Part shown: one piece after another, positions 25,997 through 35,426 of the stretch
Numbering within the stretch: position 1 is the stretch's first letter
How the letters are laid out: each line of letters starts with the position of its first letter
Assembly (NCBI GenBank): GCA_016927185.1
Contig: JAFGND010000034.1
Location: 62,001 to 97,426 of the forward strand
DNA from: Candidatus Coatesbacteria bacterium
Lineage (GTDB): Bacteria; JAFGND01
Direction: 5' to 3'
Length of the DNA stretch: 35,426 nt
The notes under the pieces: model-generated
The model's database searches: none
What the model saw: the letters and a program-made list of their open reading frames with translations, nothing else
What the model was told of the DNA's origin: nothing
Translations under genes and position numbers: made by a program

Positions 25997-27361
25997 ATGA
26001 ATAGTAATCTGGTTAATATAAATGACTCAATATGTGCAATAGCAACGACACTAGGTTATTCTGCTATTTCAATCATAAGATTATGCGGCAATGAGACATT
26101 TGATTTATTGAAATTATTCTTCTGTCCTTCTTTTCCAAAGAGGCTTGAGAAAACTAAAGGTTTCAGTATTCATAGTGGTTTAATAGTGGATGCAAATATA
26201 GTAATAGATGATGTAATAGTTGCTGTATACAGAAAACCTCATTCATATACTGGTGAGGATATGGCAGAAATTTTTTGCCATGGAGGATTGACTGTTCCAG
26301 CTCAGATACTTCATATATGCACAAAGCATGGTTTCAGAATGGCTTCTGAAGGTGAATTCACAAGAAGAGCTTTCATTAATGGAAAAATGAATTTGATGCA
26401 GGTTGAAGCAATCTCTGATATTCTTACTTCTACTAATAGTAATGTTTCTAAAACCGCAGTAAACAATCTCTCCAAGGATAAGCATAAAAAACTTCAGGAT
26501 ATCTTCGCAGACATAAATGAAGTTGTCATTCAGGGAGAAGTTAATCTTGATTTCTCTGAAGATGAACAGATTGAAATGAAAGAACTTGATATAGTGGCAT
26601 ACATAGAATATCTTGACTTAATAGTAAAGCATTCAGAAGATTATATTCCTGTAAAAAACGGGTTAAATATCTTGATTGCTGGACCTCCTAATTCAGGCAA
26701 GTCAAGCCTCTTCAATACAATTCTCAACCAGGACAGGTCAATAGTTTCTCATGTTCCCGGTACAACAAGAGATTATATATCTGAAAAAATCATCTTGCAT
26801 GAAAAGGAAATTACCATAGTTGATACTGCTGGTTATGATCTGACAGGAGATGAAATAACAAGAGAAGGCATGAAAAAGGCAGAAGAGCTTCTTTCAAATG
26901 CAAATGCAATAATTTATCTCATAGCTCCATGTGATCTTCAAGATATATCCTGTCATGAGAAGAAAGTCGCTGAATGGAAGCATGTTTTCAAAGTACCAGT
27001 ATTTGCAGTTTTGAATAAAACAGATCTTCTTGAAAAAAGTGTAACTAATAATGATTTATTGAAGATCTCAGTTAAAGAAGGAACAGGGATCAAGGATCTA
27101 CTTACTGAAATAGATAAATGGATGTCCGATACCTTTCCAGAGGATTATACAATACCTCTTGCATTGAATCAAAGGCAATTAAATCTTTTCAAAAAAATCA
27201 GAACTTCATTAATAGAGGCGAAAAACACCAGAAATATCAGCATAGAGTTATATATAGAAAACCTGAGGCATGCATTGTCTTTTTTTGAAGAACTATTTGG
27301 GATAAAAGTCCTGCAGGAAATACTTGATGAGATTTTCAGCAGATTTTGCATAGGAAAATGA
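25997..27361 (+). CDS. mnmE: tRNA modification GTPase MnmE (TrmE)
   Basis: AIAT..G, SYTGED..E..CHGG, GEFTRRAF.NGK, GPPNSGKSS, GTTRD, DTAG, NKTD and the C-terminal FCIGK. Confidence 0.95.
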   Translation: MNSNLVNINDSICAIATTLGYSAISIIRLCGNETFDLLKLFFCPSFPKRLEKTKGFSIHSGLIVDANIVIDDVIVAVYRKPHSYTGEDMAEIFCHGGLTVPAQILHICTKHGFRMASEGEFTRRAFINGKMNLMQVEAISDILTSTNSNVSKTAVNNLSKDKHKKLQDIFADINEVVIQGEVNLDFSEDEQIEMKELDIVAYIEYLDLIVKHSEDYIPVKNGLNILIAGPPNSGKSSLFNTILNQDRSIVSHVPGTTRDYISEKIILHEKEITIVDTAGYDLTGDEITREGMKKAEELLSNANAIIYLIAPCDLQDISCHEKKVAEWKHVFKVPVFAVLNKTDLLEKSVTNNDLLKISVKEGTGIKDLLTEIDKWMSDTFPEDYTIPLALNQRQLNLFKKIRTSLIEAKNTRNISIELYIENLRHALSFFEELFGIKVLQEILDEIFSRFCIGK

Positions 27362-28083
27362 AGAAGTTCTATATACCCTTGTTTCTTGTTTATTCTTTTA
27401 CTATAGGTATTCTGAATTTGCTTGTTTTCCTTATTTCCCGTCATTCAGATGCAAGTCACATTAATTTCATATGGATATCTGCTTTTTTAATATCTGTTTT
27501 CCTTGTTCTTAACTTTCTTGTAATACTTATTGCATCAAGAAAAAAAATACCTTATATTACAAACTCAAGAATACTCCTTGGAATAATGAGATTTTTCTGG
27601 ATAATTATTATTGGAGCTGGAAAACTTATCAAGGATGGCGAGATATATTTATGGCAAGGATATATCGAATTCAATAATGCTTTCTTTAGAATTAATCTAA
27701 TGAAAGCAAGGGATCAGAAAGTCCTTCTTCTCCTTCCTCATTGTTTACAGTTATATACATGCGGCATAAGAATAACAGGTAATATTGACAGGTGCAAGGG
27801 TTGCGGCAAATGCGTAATTACAGACATAAAGAGAATAATCATGGAAAAAGGATTGTCAAGTTTTGTAGCAACAGGAGGGACTCTTGCAAGGAAAATAGTT
27901 GCTGAAGTGAAACCTGATATAATTATTGCTTCAGCTTGTGAGAGGGATTTGGGATGGGGAATTTATGATACATTCCCTATGCCAGTTTATGGAATACTCA
28001 ATGAACGTCCTGAAGGTCCATGCAAGAATACGAAACTTGATATTGCAAAACTGGAAGAAATATTAAATGAATTATCACCCTGA
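27358..28083 (+). CDS. DUF116 family membrane-anchored Cys-rich protein
   Basis: LLLPHCLQ, CKGCGKC, ATGGTLARK, ACERDL and GPCKNT motifs. ATGA overlap with mnmE. Confidence 0.85.
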   Translation: MKKFYIPLFLVYSFTIGILNLLVFLISRHSDASHINFIWISAFLISVFLVLNFLVILIASRKKIPYITNSRILLGIMRFFWIIIIGAGKLIKDGEIYLWQGYIEFNNAFFRINLMKARDQKVLLLLPHCLQLYTCGIRITGNIDRCKGCGKCVITDIKRIIMEKGLSSFVATGGTLARKIVAEVKPDIIIASACERDLGWGIYDTFPMPVYGILNERPEGPCKNTKLDIAKLEEILNELSP

Positions 28084-28663
28084 AATAAAATTCTATAAGT
28101 GCCTTAATGACTATCCTTCAAGGTTTCCCCTTGAGGCAAGAAAAGGATATGCCTTGATTGGAAGATCCAATGTTGGAAAATCCTCGCTTATAAACTCACT
28201 CGCTAATTCAACAATCGCAAGAGTATCAAACACGCCAGGAAAGACAATAACCATCAATTATTACATTGTAGATGGAAACTGGTATATTATTGATTTACCA
28301 GGTTATGGATATGCAAAGCGTTCGCATGAAATAAGAACAAGATGGGATGAGATAATGAGCAGGTTCTGGAAAAACAACAAGACTGATATAAAAGGACTGA
28401 TATTGATAGATGCAAGGCATATTCCAAACAAGCTGGATCTTGATACCTTGATGTGGTTGAATGACAATCAGATTTCATATATAGTTGTGGCAAACAAAAC
28501 AGACAAGCTAAATTCATCTGAAAATCAGCGTCTTAATGCGAGAATACGAGATTCTTATGGTATTGAAGAGAATCTTTTATTCAAGACCTCTATGCTGAAG
28601 AAAACAGGCATTAATGAATTACTTGATTATATGATGAAATCCATTGCCAAAACAGAAGTGTAA
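28067..28663 (+). CDS. engB: Ribosome biogenesis GTP-binding protein EngB/YihA/YsxC
   Basis: GRSNVGKSSLIN, SNTPGKT, DLPGYGYA, DARH and NKTDK motifs. Confidence 0.95.
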   Translation: MNYHPEIKFYKCLNDYPSRFPLEARKGYALIGRSNVGKSSLINSLANSTIARVSNTPGKTITINYYIVDGNWYIIDLPGYGYAKRSHEIRTRWDEIMSRFWKNNKTDIKGLILIDARHIPNKLDLDTLMWLNDNQISYIVVANKTDKLNSSENQRLNARIRDSYGIEENLLFKTSMLKKTGINELLDYMMKSIAKTEV

Positions 28664-28873
28664 TCTTTTTTATCGATTCCATATATAATTGAAAATTAAT
28701 GACTTATTAAATCAAATTCCAGGGAAGTGAAAATATTCAAATAAACAAATAAAAAAAACTTGCCATAAATATGCGTTTAAAAAATTAGGCAAACTAACTT
28801 GAAAATTTGAAAACAATCAAATTATAAGTCAGTACGGTTGTTAGTTGATTACAAATATTTAGGAGGAAAAGTA

Positions 28874-30121
28874 ATGGCTGAATTGAATCCTTTCAAAATC
28901 GCTCAGCAGCAGCTGAAAATAGCTGCAGACAAACTTGGTTTATCACAGGAAATGTATGATTTCTTGAGCATTCCAATGCGTGAACTTCATGTAAGTATTC
29001 CAGTAAAAATGGATAATGGCAAGACAAAGGTATTCCAGGGCTTCCGTGTTCAATACAATGATGCACTAGGTCCAAACAAAGGTGGAATTCGCTGGCATCC
29101 TGAAGAAACAATTGATACTGTAAGAGCTCTTTCTGCATGGATGACATGGAAATGCGCAGTAGTAAATATTCCCCTGGGCGGAGGAAAAGGTGGAATAATC
29201 TGCAATCCCAAGGAATTAAGTGAAGGTGAAAAAGAACGTCTGGCACGTGGTTATATTCGTGCAATTAACTATTTCATAGGACCTGAAAAGGACATTCCTG
29301 CTCCTGATGTTTACACTACTCCACAAATAATGTCATGGATGATGGATGAATTTTCAAAACTTCGCGGTTATTATTCACCAGGTGTCATCACTGGAAAACC
29401 AATCATTAATGGTGGTTCACAAGGACGTGGAGATGCAACTGCACGTGGTGGAGTTTACACTGTTCGTGAAGCAGCAAAAATACTTAACATCGATCTCAAG
29501 GGTTGTACAGTTGCTGTTCAGGGCTATGGAAATGCAGGATATTTCGCTGCAAAGATAATGACTGAAGAAATGGGAGCCAAAGTAGTAGCAGTAACGGATT
29601 CAAAAGGTGGTATTTATTGTGAAGACGGACTGGATCCTGAAGCAGTAAAAAAATTCAAGGCAGAAACTAGCAGTGTCATAAATTTCCCTGGCAGCAAACC
29701 GATTTCAAACGAAGAGATTCTTGAGCTGAAATGCGATGTATTATTCCCATCAGCTCTTGAAAATGTACTTACTGATAAAAATGCAGGAAATGTAAAAGCA
29801 AAGATCAGCTGCGAATTGGCAAATGGACCTACCACTCCAGAAGCTGATGAAATTCTATATAAGAATGGTGTTTTTGTAATACCAGATTTCCTTGCAAATG
29901 CCGGTGGAGTAACAGTTTCATATTTTGAATGGGTTCAGAATATTCATGGCAATGTATGGACAGCAGAAGAAGTCCGTCCAAAACTTGACAACAAGATGAC
30001 ACTTGCATTCCATGATGTTTACAATATGAGCAAGAAACACGGAGTTCACATGAGAACAGCAGCTTATCTGGTTGCAGTACAACGTGTTGCTGATGCAGTC
30101 AAGATTCGCGGCTGGATATAA
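28874..30121 (+). CDS. gdhA: Glu/Leu/Phe/Val dehydrogenase, most likely glutamate dehydrogenase
   Basis: [43 protein letters not shown] and [12 protein letters not shown] motifs. SD AGGAGG at 28861 supports ATG 28874. Confidence 0.93.
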   Translation: MAELNPFKIAQQQLKIAADKLGLSQEMYDFLSIPMRELHVSIPVKMDNGKTKVFQGFRVQYNDALGPNKGGIRWHPEETIDTVRALSAWMTWKCAVVNIPLGGGKGGIICNPKELSEGEKERLARGYIRAINYFIGPEKDIPAPDVYTTPQIMSWMMDEFSKLRGYYSPGVITGKPIINGGSQGRGDATARGGVYTVREAAKILNIDLKGCTVAVQGYGNAGYFAAKIMTEEMGAKVVAVTDSKGGIYCEDGLDPEAVKKFKAETSSVINFPGSKPISNEEILELKCDVLFPSALENVLTDKNAGNVKAKISCELANGPTTPEADEILYKNGVFVIPDFLANAGGVTVSYFEWVQNIHGNVWTAEEVRPKLDNKMTLAFHDVYNMSKKHGVHMRTAAYLVAVQRVADAVKIRGWI

Positions 30122-30150
30122 TACCTGTTTAGATTTATTTTATTGACATT

Positions 30151-30176
30151 GTAGCCCCCTTCTTGCAGGGGGTTAC
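30151..30176 (+). terminator. Hairpin / probable terminator after gdhA
   Basis: GTAGCCCCCT (30151-30160) pairs with AGGGGGTTAC (30167-30176), followed by TTATAT. Confidence 0.55.
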
Positions 30177-30183
30177 TTATATC

Positions 30184-30963
30184 ATGAAGCATATAATCAT
30201 ATTACTTTTAGTTTTCTGTATTTTCTCATGCAGCAAGGGGACAAAGGAAAAACAAGACAAGCAACTGCCTAAGGATCCTCCAAATGAGGAAATAGAAAAA
30301 ATAAAGGATCTTGTAAGGAAGCATAATCTTCTTAATGCTGAGGCAAATGTCATCTATCTGAAGAGATTATATCCTGAATCAGGTGAAATAGACTTTCTTT
30401 ATGGAATAATCCATTTTAATCAGGAGAACTATGACAAGGCATTGGAAATGCTATTGAGTGCTGAGAACAAGGGATATTCCAATCTGGTCTTGAATCTCAT
30501 TCTTGCAAATACATATGAACTTAAGGGTGATGTTGCAAGAGCTAAGTACAGATACAAGTTGATAATTAAGGAACAGAAAGAAAAAGGGCAGGATTGTAAA
30601 TCAATAGAAATCAGGGTTAGCATACTGACCAATCTCCAGACTATCAAGAATGAAGAATATGAACCAATTTATTATATAAGAAAAGGTGTCAGATCCTGTG
30701 AAAAAGAGGAATATAAAGTTGCACTCAATGAATTCCTGTTGGGACTGGGAAGATTTTATTATTTGCAGGAACAGGGTAAATCAACATGGGCTGCCAATCA
30801 AAGTGAACTGGAATGGATGAGAACTGCAGTTGATAATCTATACCAGAACGATCAAATTGAATATGCGAAATGGAATGATTTCCTTGATTACTGCTTCACG
30901 GAACGATTTTCAGGATTATTCGAATATCTTGAAGCTTTGTATCTTCTTAACGTGACTCTATAA
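30184..30963 (+). CDS. TPR-containing putative lipoprotein
   Basis: MKHIIILLLVFCIFS-C lipobox-like start and TPR-like helices (YGIIHFNQENYDKAL, LANTYELKGDVARA). Confidence 0.65.
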   Translation: MKHIIILLLVFCIFSCSKGTKEKQDKQLPKDPPNEEIEKIKDLVRKHNLLNAEANVIYLKRLYPESGEIDFLYGIIHFNQENYDKALEMLLSAENKGYSNLVLNLILANTYELKGDVARAKYRYKLIIKEQKEKGQDCKSIEIRVSILTNLQTIKNEEYEPIYYIRKGVRSCEKEEYKVALNEFLLGLGRFYYLQEQGKSTWAANQSELEWMRTAVDNLYQNDQIEYAKWNDFLDYCFTERFSGLFEYLEALYLLNVTL

Positions 30964-32328
30964 AATTATCCTCTGCTCTCCGCTATAAATAGTGAATCTC
31001 TTCCCGCGAGCAAAAGAAACAAGTGTTAGATTTGTCTCTCTTGCCATCTGAACAGCCAGATACGTTGATGCTGATCTTGATACAAGTATGCTTATTCCAT
31101 GCCTCAGGGCTTTCTGTACCATTTCAAAACTTATTCTTCCCGAGACATACAGGACATATCTGGAAGGATCATCTTTTTTCAGTATTGCCTTACCTACAAC
31201 TTTGTCTACTGCATTGTGTCTTCCTATATCAAAGGAATAATACCTTATCTCATTATCCAGAGCAAGTGCTGCGCTATGTACTCCTCCTGTCATCAAATAA
31301 ACAGAGGATGATTTCTGGAACGAGTCCATAACACTGGAAAGCACATTTGATTTCACTTTCATGTCATTATCTATTTTCAAATTTTGCAGCTTTTCAGCAT
31401 TTATAATGATACTGCTTTTGAAACTGCCACAACCAGAGGTTAACACACGTTTCATGCTTTCATTTTCAATGATTTTATCTGTTTCAATTATCGCCTTGAT
31501 CCCCTTCTCGCTATTTATGACTGAGACAGCAACCTCTCTTTTGTCAATGTATCCTTCCGAAATTGCGTATCCTGTTGCGAGCTCATTCATATCTGCTGGA
31601 CTGCACATTAGAACTGCTCTTGATATCCCGTTTATGTATATTTCAAAAGGAACTTCATCAACAATATCTTCTGTGATACTTGAAGGATTGTCATTATATT
31701 TAAGTGCTGTAATTGTCTTTACTGGATTATCTGAATAGTATTTCTTTATGTTCATCAAATCTTCGGCAGTATTTATATTGAAAAAGAAATCCCTGAACTC
31801 AACTGGTCTTTCAATTATCTTCCATTTGTTTTCAGGAAGTGAAGCAAACATTTCTCTGCAAGAGACCCTGTTTGAAAAAGAAAAAGCATTTTCAAGAAAG
31901 GGTAAAATACCTGGAGAAAATATACCGGGAAGCGGTTCTATATAATTTCCCATTTTGTAGTGCAATATCCAGATATCTTTATTATAAATGTTTATAAGTC
32001 CCTCAAGTAAAGCTCCTCCTATAAAAGGAGTATCACATGCAATAACCAATGCGCTTTCGTTATATTGCTGCAAAAAAGAATGTATACCACCCAGTGGACC
32101 ATAATTTTCATATAAATCCTTTATGACAGAGACTTCCTCAGAAACTTTAATATTGCTATTCTTATCTGACACAACTAAGACTGGATTCAGGGAGAATTTC
32201 TTGATGTTTTCTATTGCTATTTCTACTAATCGTCTGCCATCAAGTAATATCTCCCTCTTGTCAAGAGACATCCTTGATGATAATCCTCCTGCGAGAATCA
32301 ATCCGTATTTAAGTGAATTATCTCCCAT
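30958..32328 (-). CDS. mobA-fdhD: Fusion of molybdenum cofactor guanylyltransferase MobA and formate dehydrogenase sulfurtransferase FdhD
   Basis: N-half has LAGGLSSRM..DK, GPLGGI, ACDTP and FFNINT..D. C-half has TSGCG, TGGVHSAAL, DIGRHNAVDK, SGRISFEMV and FARGKRF. Confidence 0.9.
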   Translation of the reverse strand: MGDNSLKYGLILAGGLSSRMSLDKREILLDGRRLVEIAIENIKKFSLNPVLVVSDKNSNIKVSEEVSVIKDLYENYGPLGGIHSFLQQYNESALVIACDTPFIGGALLEGLINIYNKDIWILHYKMGNYIEPLPGIFSPGILPFLENAFSFSNRVSCREMFASLPENKWKIIERPVEFRDFFFNINTAEDLMNIKKYYSDNPVKTITALKYNDNPSSITEDIVDEVPFEIYINGISRAVLMCSPADMNELATGYAISEGYIDKREVAVSVINSEKGIKAIIETDKIIENESMKRVLTSGCGSFKSSIIINAEKLQNLKIDNDMKVKSNVLSSVMDSFQKSSSVYLMTGGVHSAALALDNEIRYYSFDIGRHNAVDKVVGKAILKKDDPSRYVLYVSGRISFEMVQKALRHGISILVSRSASTYLAVQMARETNLTLVSFARGKRFTIYSGEQRIIL

Positions 32329-32357
32329 ATCAGGGATACAGTATTTTAACTGAATCC

Positions 32358-35066
32358 CTAATCAATAACCTTCTCCAGCTTAACTGCGCAGACTTTGTAT
32401 TCAGGTATTCTTGCAATTGGATCCGAGGCGTCATTAGTAAGTAAATTTGCTGCAGCTTCTCTGAAATGGAAAGGAATAAAAACTCTTCCTTCATCTACCA
32501 TATCAGTTATCTTCACTTTTATATCAATTTTCCCTCTCCTGCTAGAAACCTTGACTTTTTCCCCTTCTAACAAATGCATTGTTTGTGCATCGAAAGGTGA
32601 TATCTCTACATATCCTTCTGGAGCAATAGTATCAAGAACTTTGGATCTTCTTGATAGTGTTCCAGTATGGTAATGATATAGAATTCTCCCGGTGATAAGA
32701 ATGAGTGGATATTCGTCATCAGGTAATTCTGCAGGTGGTAGCCATTCTAGTGCATGGAAAAGCCCAAGCCCGCGTGTGAATTTTCCTTTATGAAGAACTT
32801 GTGTTCCCGGATGATCCTCAGATGGACATGGCCATGGCAGACCGCCTTCTTTCTCGAATCTTGCATAATTCATTCCTGCATAAGATGGAGTGACTTTCCT
32901 TATTTCTTCGAAAATGTCTGAAGCTGAGGAATATGACCATTCATACCCGAACTTGTTAGCCAATTCAATGAATATCTGCCAGTCTTCCTTACCCGCAACA
33001 GGTTCTATAGCTTTTCTCACTCTCTGGACACGTCTTCCTGTATTGGTGAATGTCCCATTTTTCTCTGCAAATGAAACTCCTGGTAAAATCACATGGGCAA
33101 TTTCTGCAGTGTCAGTCATGAACATATCCTGAACAACTAGCAGATCAAGCTTGGAAAGTGCTTCTCTTACATGGTTGAGATTTGGATCAGACATCATGGG
33201 ATTTTCAGAGAATACATACAATGCCTTGAGATTTCCTTTATGAGCTTCTTCCATCATTGTAGTGATAGTTAATCCAACTTTTCTGCTAAGTTCTCCTCCC
33301 CATGCAGTTTCGAATTTCTTTGCAATATCCTCATTTGTCACTGCCTGGTAAGCTGGATAGACATTAGGCAGACAACCCATATCACATGCACCCTGGACAT
33401 TACTCTGACCTCTCAAGGGATTAACTCCTCCTGATTCAATTCCCATATGCCCAGTCAGCATCTGGAGATTTGCGCATGATTTTACATTATCAACTCCTGT
33501 AATATGCTGGGTTATTCCCATAGAATAGAAGAGCATGCCTTTCCTTGCTTTTGCAAACATTCTTGCTGCATTTATCAAGTCTTCCTTCGGGATTCCTGAT
33601 ATTTCCTCTACCCTCTCTGGGGTATATTTAAGAATTACTTCCTTGAAACTGTCAAAATTCTCTGTCCGGCTTTCAACAAATTCCTTATCATAAAGGTTTT
33701 CATTTATGATTACATTCATCATGCCATTCATCCAGGCAACATCCGTACCTGATTTTTGTCTCAACCAGTAAGTCGCAAATTTAGTCAGTTCTATTTTTCT
33801 GGGATCAATAACAATAAGCTTTGCTCCATTATACCTTACAGCGTGCTTTATCATGTTTCCAATTACTGGATGATTTTCAGTAGTGTTTGTTCCTGTTATA
33901 AGAATAACTTCAGCATCAAGAAGTTCCTTGGCACTGTTTGTCATTGCACCAGAACCGAAAGCTGCAGCCAGACCGGCTACGGTAGAGCTGTGTCAGAGAC
34001 GGGCACAATGATCCACATTGTTTGTGCCGATTATCCTCCTGAATAACTTCTGGAACAAATAATTCTCCTCATTTGTGCATTTAGCTGAAGACAAGCCTGC
34101 TATGCTGTCAGGTCCATGCTTTTCCTTTATTGAAAGCAGTTTTTCAGTAATATAATCATAAGCTTCATCCCACGTCGCTTTCTCAAGTTTCCCATTAACT
34201 CTTATATAAGGAGAGGTGAGTCTTTCAGGTGAGTGAATATAATCATTCCCGAATCTTCCCTTCACGCACAGGGAGCCGTTATTATCGTTAACTTCATCCT
34301 TAACTCCAGTTGCCTTTATTATCTTGTTATCTCTTACATGCAGATACATCTGACAACCGACACCACAATATGAGCAAGTTGTCTTTGTCTTTGTGAACTC
34401 GAAGATACGACCTTTTCCAAATGAAGGTTTCTCTGTTATTGCACCTACTGGACAAGCCTGAACGCATTCACCACAAGAAACGCATTCGGTATCTTTTTGC
34501 AGCTGATTAAGACCGGCAATTATTCTTGTCTCAAATCCTCTTTCCGAGAAATCATAAACGTCCCTGATAGTAATTTCCTTGCATGCCCTTACACATCTTC
34601 CGCATAATATGCATAGATTTGGATTTCGAATAAGTACCTCACTTGTATCATCCAGAGGTTCTTTGTCAGTCTTGATTGGAAAACGTATATTATCTACCTT
34701 GTATTCATAAGCAAGATTTTGAAGCTCGCAATTACCATTCTGTTCACAAACCATGCAGTCATGAGGATGTTCTGAAAGGAGAAGTTCAAGTGTCATTTTC
34801 CTGCTCTTCCTGAGCATTTCTGTATCGGTCTTGATTTTCATTCCCTCCATGATAGGAGTTGCACATGAAATGACAGGTAATCTTGCACGTTCAACTTCTA
34901 CAATACAAATCCTGCATGCACCAGCAGGAGTAAGTCCATCAAGATGGCATAAAGTAGGAATATAAACCCCGTATCTCTTTGCAACAGTTAGTATTGTTTC
35001 ATTAGGTTTGCCAATTGCCTGAATTCCATCAATTTCAATGTGCACTTCATTATTATTTGAACTCAT
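32358..35066 (-). CDS. fdhF: Selenocysteine-containing formate dehydrogenase alpha subunit (902 aa; N-terminal 2Fe-2S/4Fe-4S modules + Mo/W-bisPGD domain)
   Basis: The two track ORFs are in frame and joined by TGA at 33995-33993, reading [28 protein letters not shown]. Other motifs: CSYCGVGC, LRGQSNVQGACDMG and PEYKVCAV. SD AGGAGG lies upstream of ATG 35066. Confidence 0.95.
33964..33980 (-). promoter_or_regulatory. Bacterial SECIS element
   Basis: mRNA UGA-CACAGCUCUACC-GUAGCC-GGUCU-GGCUGC. The hairpin begins 12 nt after the UGA, with a GGU-containing apical loop as in fdhF-type SECIS elements. Confidence 0.8.
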
Positions 35067-35177
35067 TCCTACCTCCTATAAAATTTGATTTACCTGCTAT
35101 TATCAATGAAATTGCTGTCAAGATTTTTCATGCCTGAAGCCTTACCAGCCTTTCTATCTTTATTTCCTTTTTTCTAT

Positions 35178-35235
35178 TCCAGGGATTGATAGTATTCAAA
35201 TGCATTGCATTTCTTATTCTATTTGTATCCCTGGA
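35178..35235. other. Long imperfect inverted repeat in the FNT-fdh intergenic region
   Basis: Outer stem TCCAGGGAT/ATCCCTGGA, middle ATAG/CTAT, inner AAATGC-ATT-GCATTT. Confidence 0.5.
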
Positions 35236-35356
35236 TATCTTTTCTGTCTTCAAACAACAAAATAATTACTGTCTAATCAGTTTTAAAATCATGCTTTCCT
35301 GTAATCTCAGATTAGCTTTCATTTATTATCAGTTTATAAAGACAACTAATCGAGGG

Positions 35357-35426
35357 TTATTTATCTTCCTTTACAAAAGTATACCAGTATATACCCCCAA
35401 CAAACAAGCTGCCACCGATAAAATTA
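35357..35426 (-). CDS. Formate/nitrite transporter (FocA/FdhC family), C-terminal end only
   Basis: Not in the ORF track. Minus strand reads NFIGGSLFVGGIYWYTFVKEDK*, matching the terminal '(G)NxIGGxxFVgxxYw' helix of FNT channels. It lies directly upstream of the FDH gene. Confidence 0.75.
   Translation of the reverse strand, partial: NFIGGSLFVGGIYWYTFVKEDK

Noticed and set aside
25150-27361. TA pair next to mnmE as the remnant of a trmE-integrated island
   Set aside because: The pair lies at the 5' side of mnmE, with no integrase or direct repeats visible.
28874-30121. Different codon usage in gdhA (frequent CGT for Arg) as a sign of horizontal transfer
   Set aside because: More simply explained by high-expression codon bias (strong SD, own terminator); no mobility signatures.
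704-34046. Numerous short (60-160 aa) antisense or alternate-frame ORFs in the track
   Set aside because: They overlap well-supported genes and show no recognisable motifs, so they are treated as shadow ORFs.
32358-35066. FDH as a pseudogene or two separate genes
   Set aside because: The interruption is a single in-frame TGA at the Sec position with a SECIS-like hairpin.
35067-35356. Moco/tungsten-cofactor riboswitch, Rex or FNR box upstream of fdh
   Set aside because: I could not match the consensus elements by eye. The minus-strand TTGACA at 35121-35116 has no correctly spaced -10.
1-35426. CRISPR array, IS element or prophage
   Set aside because: No regularly spaced repeats, transposase, integrase or phage structural genes were recognised.

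Overview
AT-rich, gene-dense chromosomal segment from a diderm, probably anaerobic bacterium (MsbA-type ABC exporter, outer-membrane beta-barrel, selenocysteine formate dehydrogenase). It carries housekeeping genes (plsY, purM, alr, tRNA-Leu(UAA), phoH-7TM/HD-ybeY, two CNNM/CorC genes, mnmE, engB, gdhA) and Moco/formate genes (mobB, a mobA-fdhD fusion, a Sec-recoded FDH alpha subunit that the ORF track splits in two, and the tail of a formate/nitrite channel). It also has a GNAT-NeuB fusion plus SpsF-like gene wedged into the ybeY operon, and a VapBC-like pair with altered catalytic residues. The most striking element is a cell-envelope glycosylation cluster (about 17.7-25.2 kb). It is built around a GT-C membrane protein that, by my recollection of the eukaryotic sequences, is colinear along its whole length with DPY19 tryptophan C-mannosyltransferases and carries an added C-terminal TPR region. 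It lies next to a GT4 glycosyltransferase, a lipoprotein, a tandem lectin-like secreted protein, an O-antigen-ligase-family protein and an unusual beta-barrel. No CRISPR array, integrase or transposase was seen. All family assignments come from motif recognition by eye, not from database searches.
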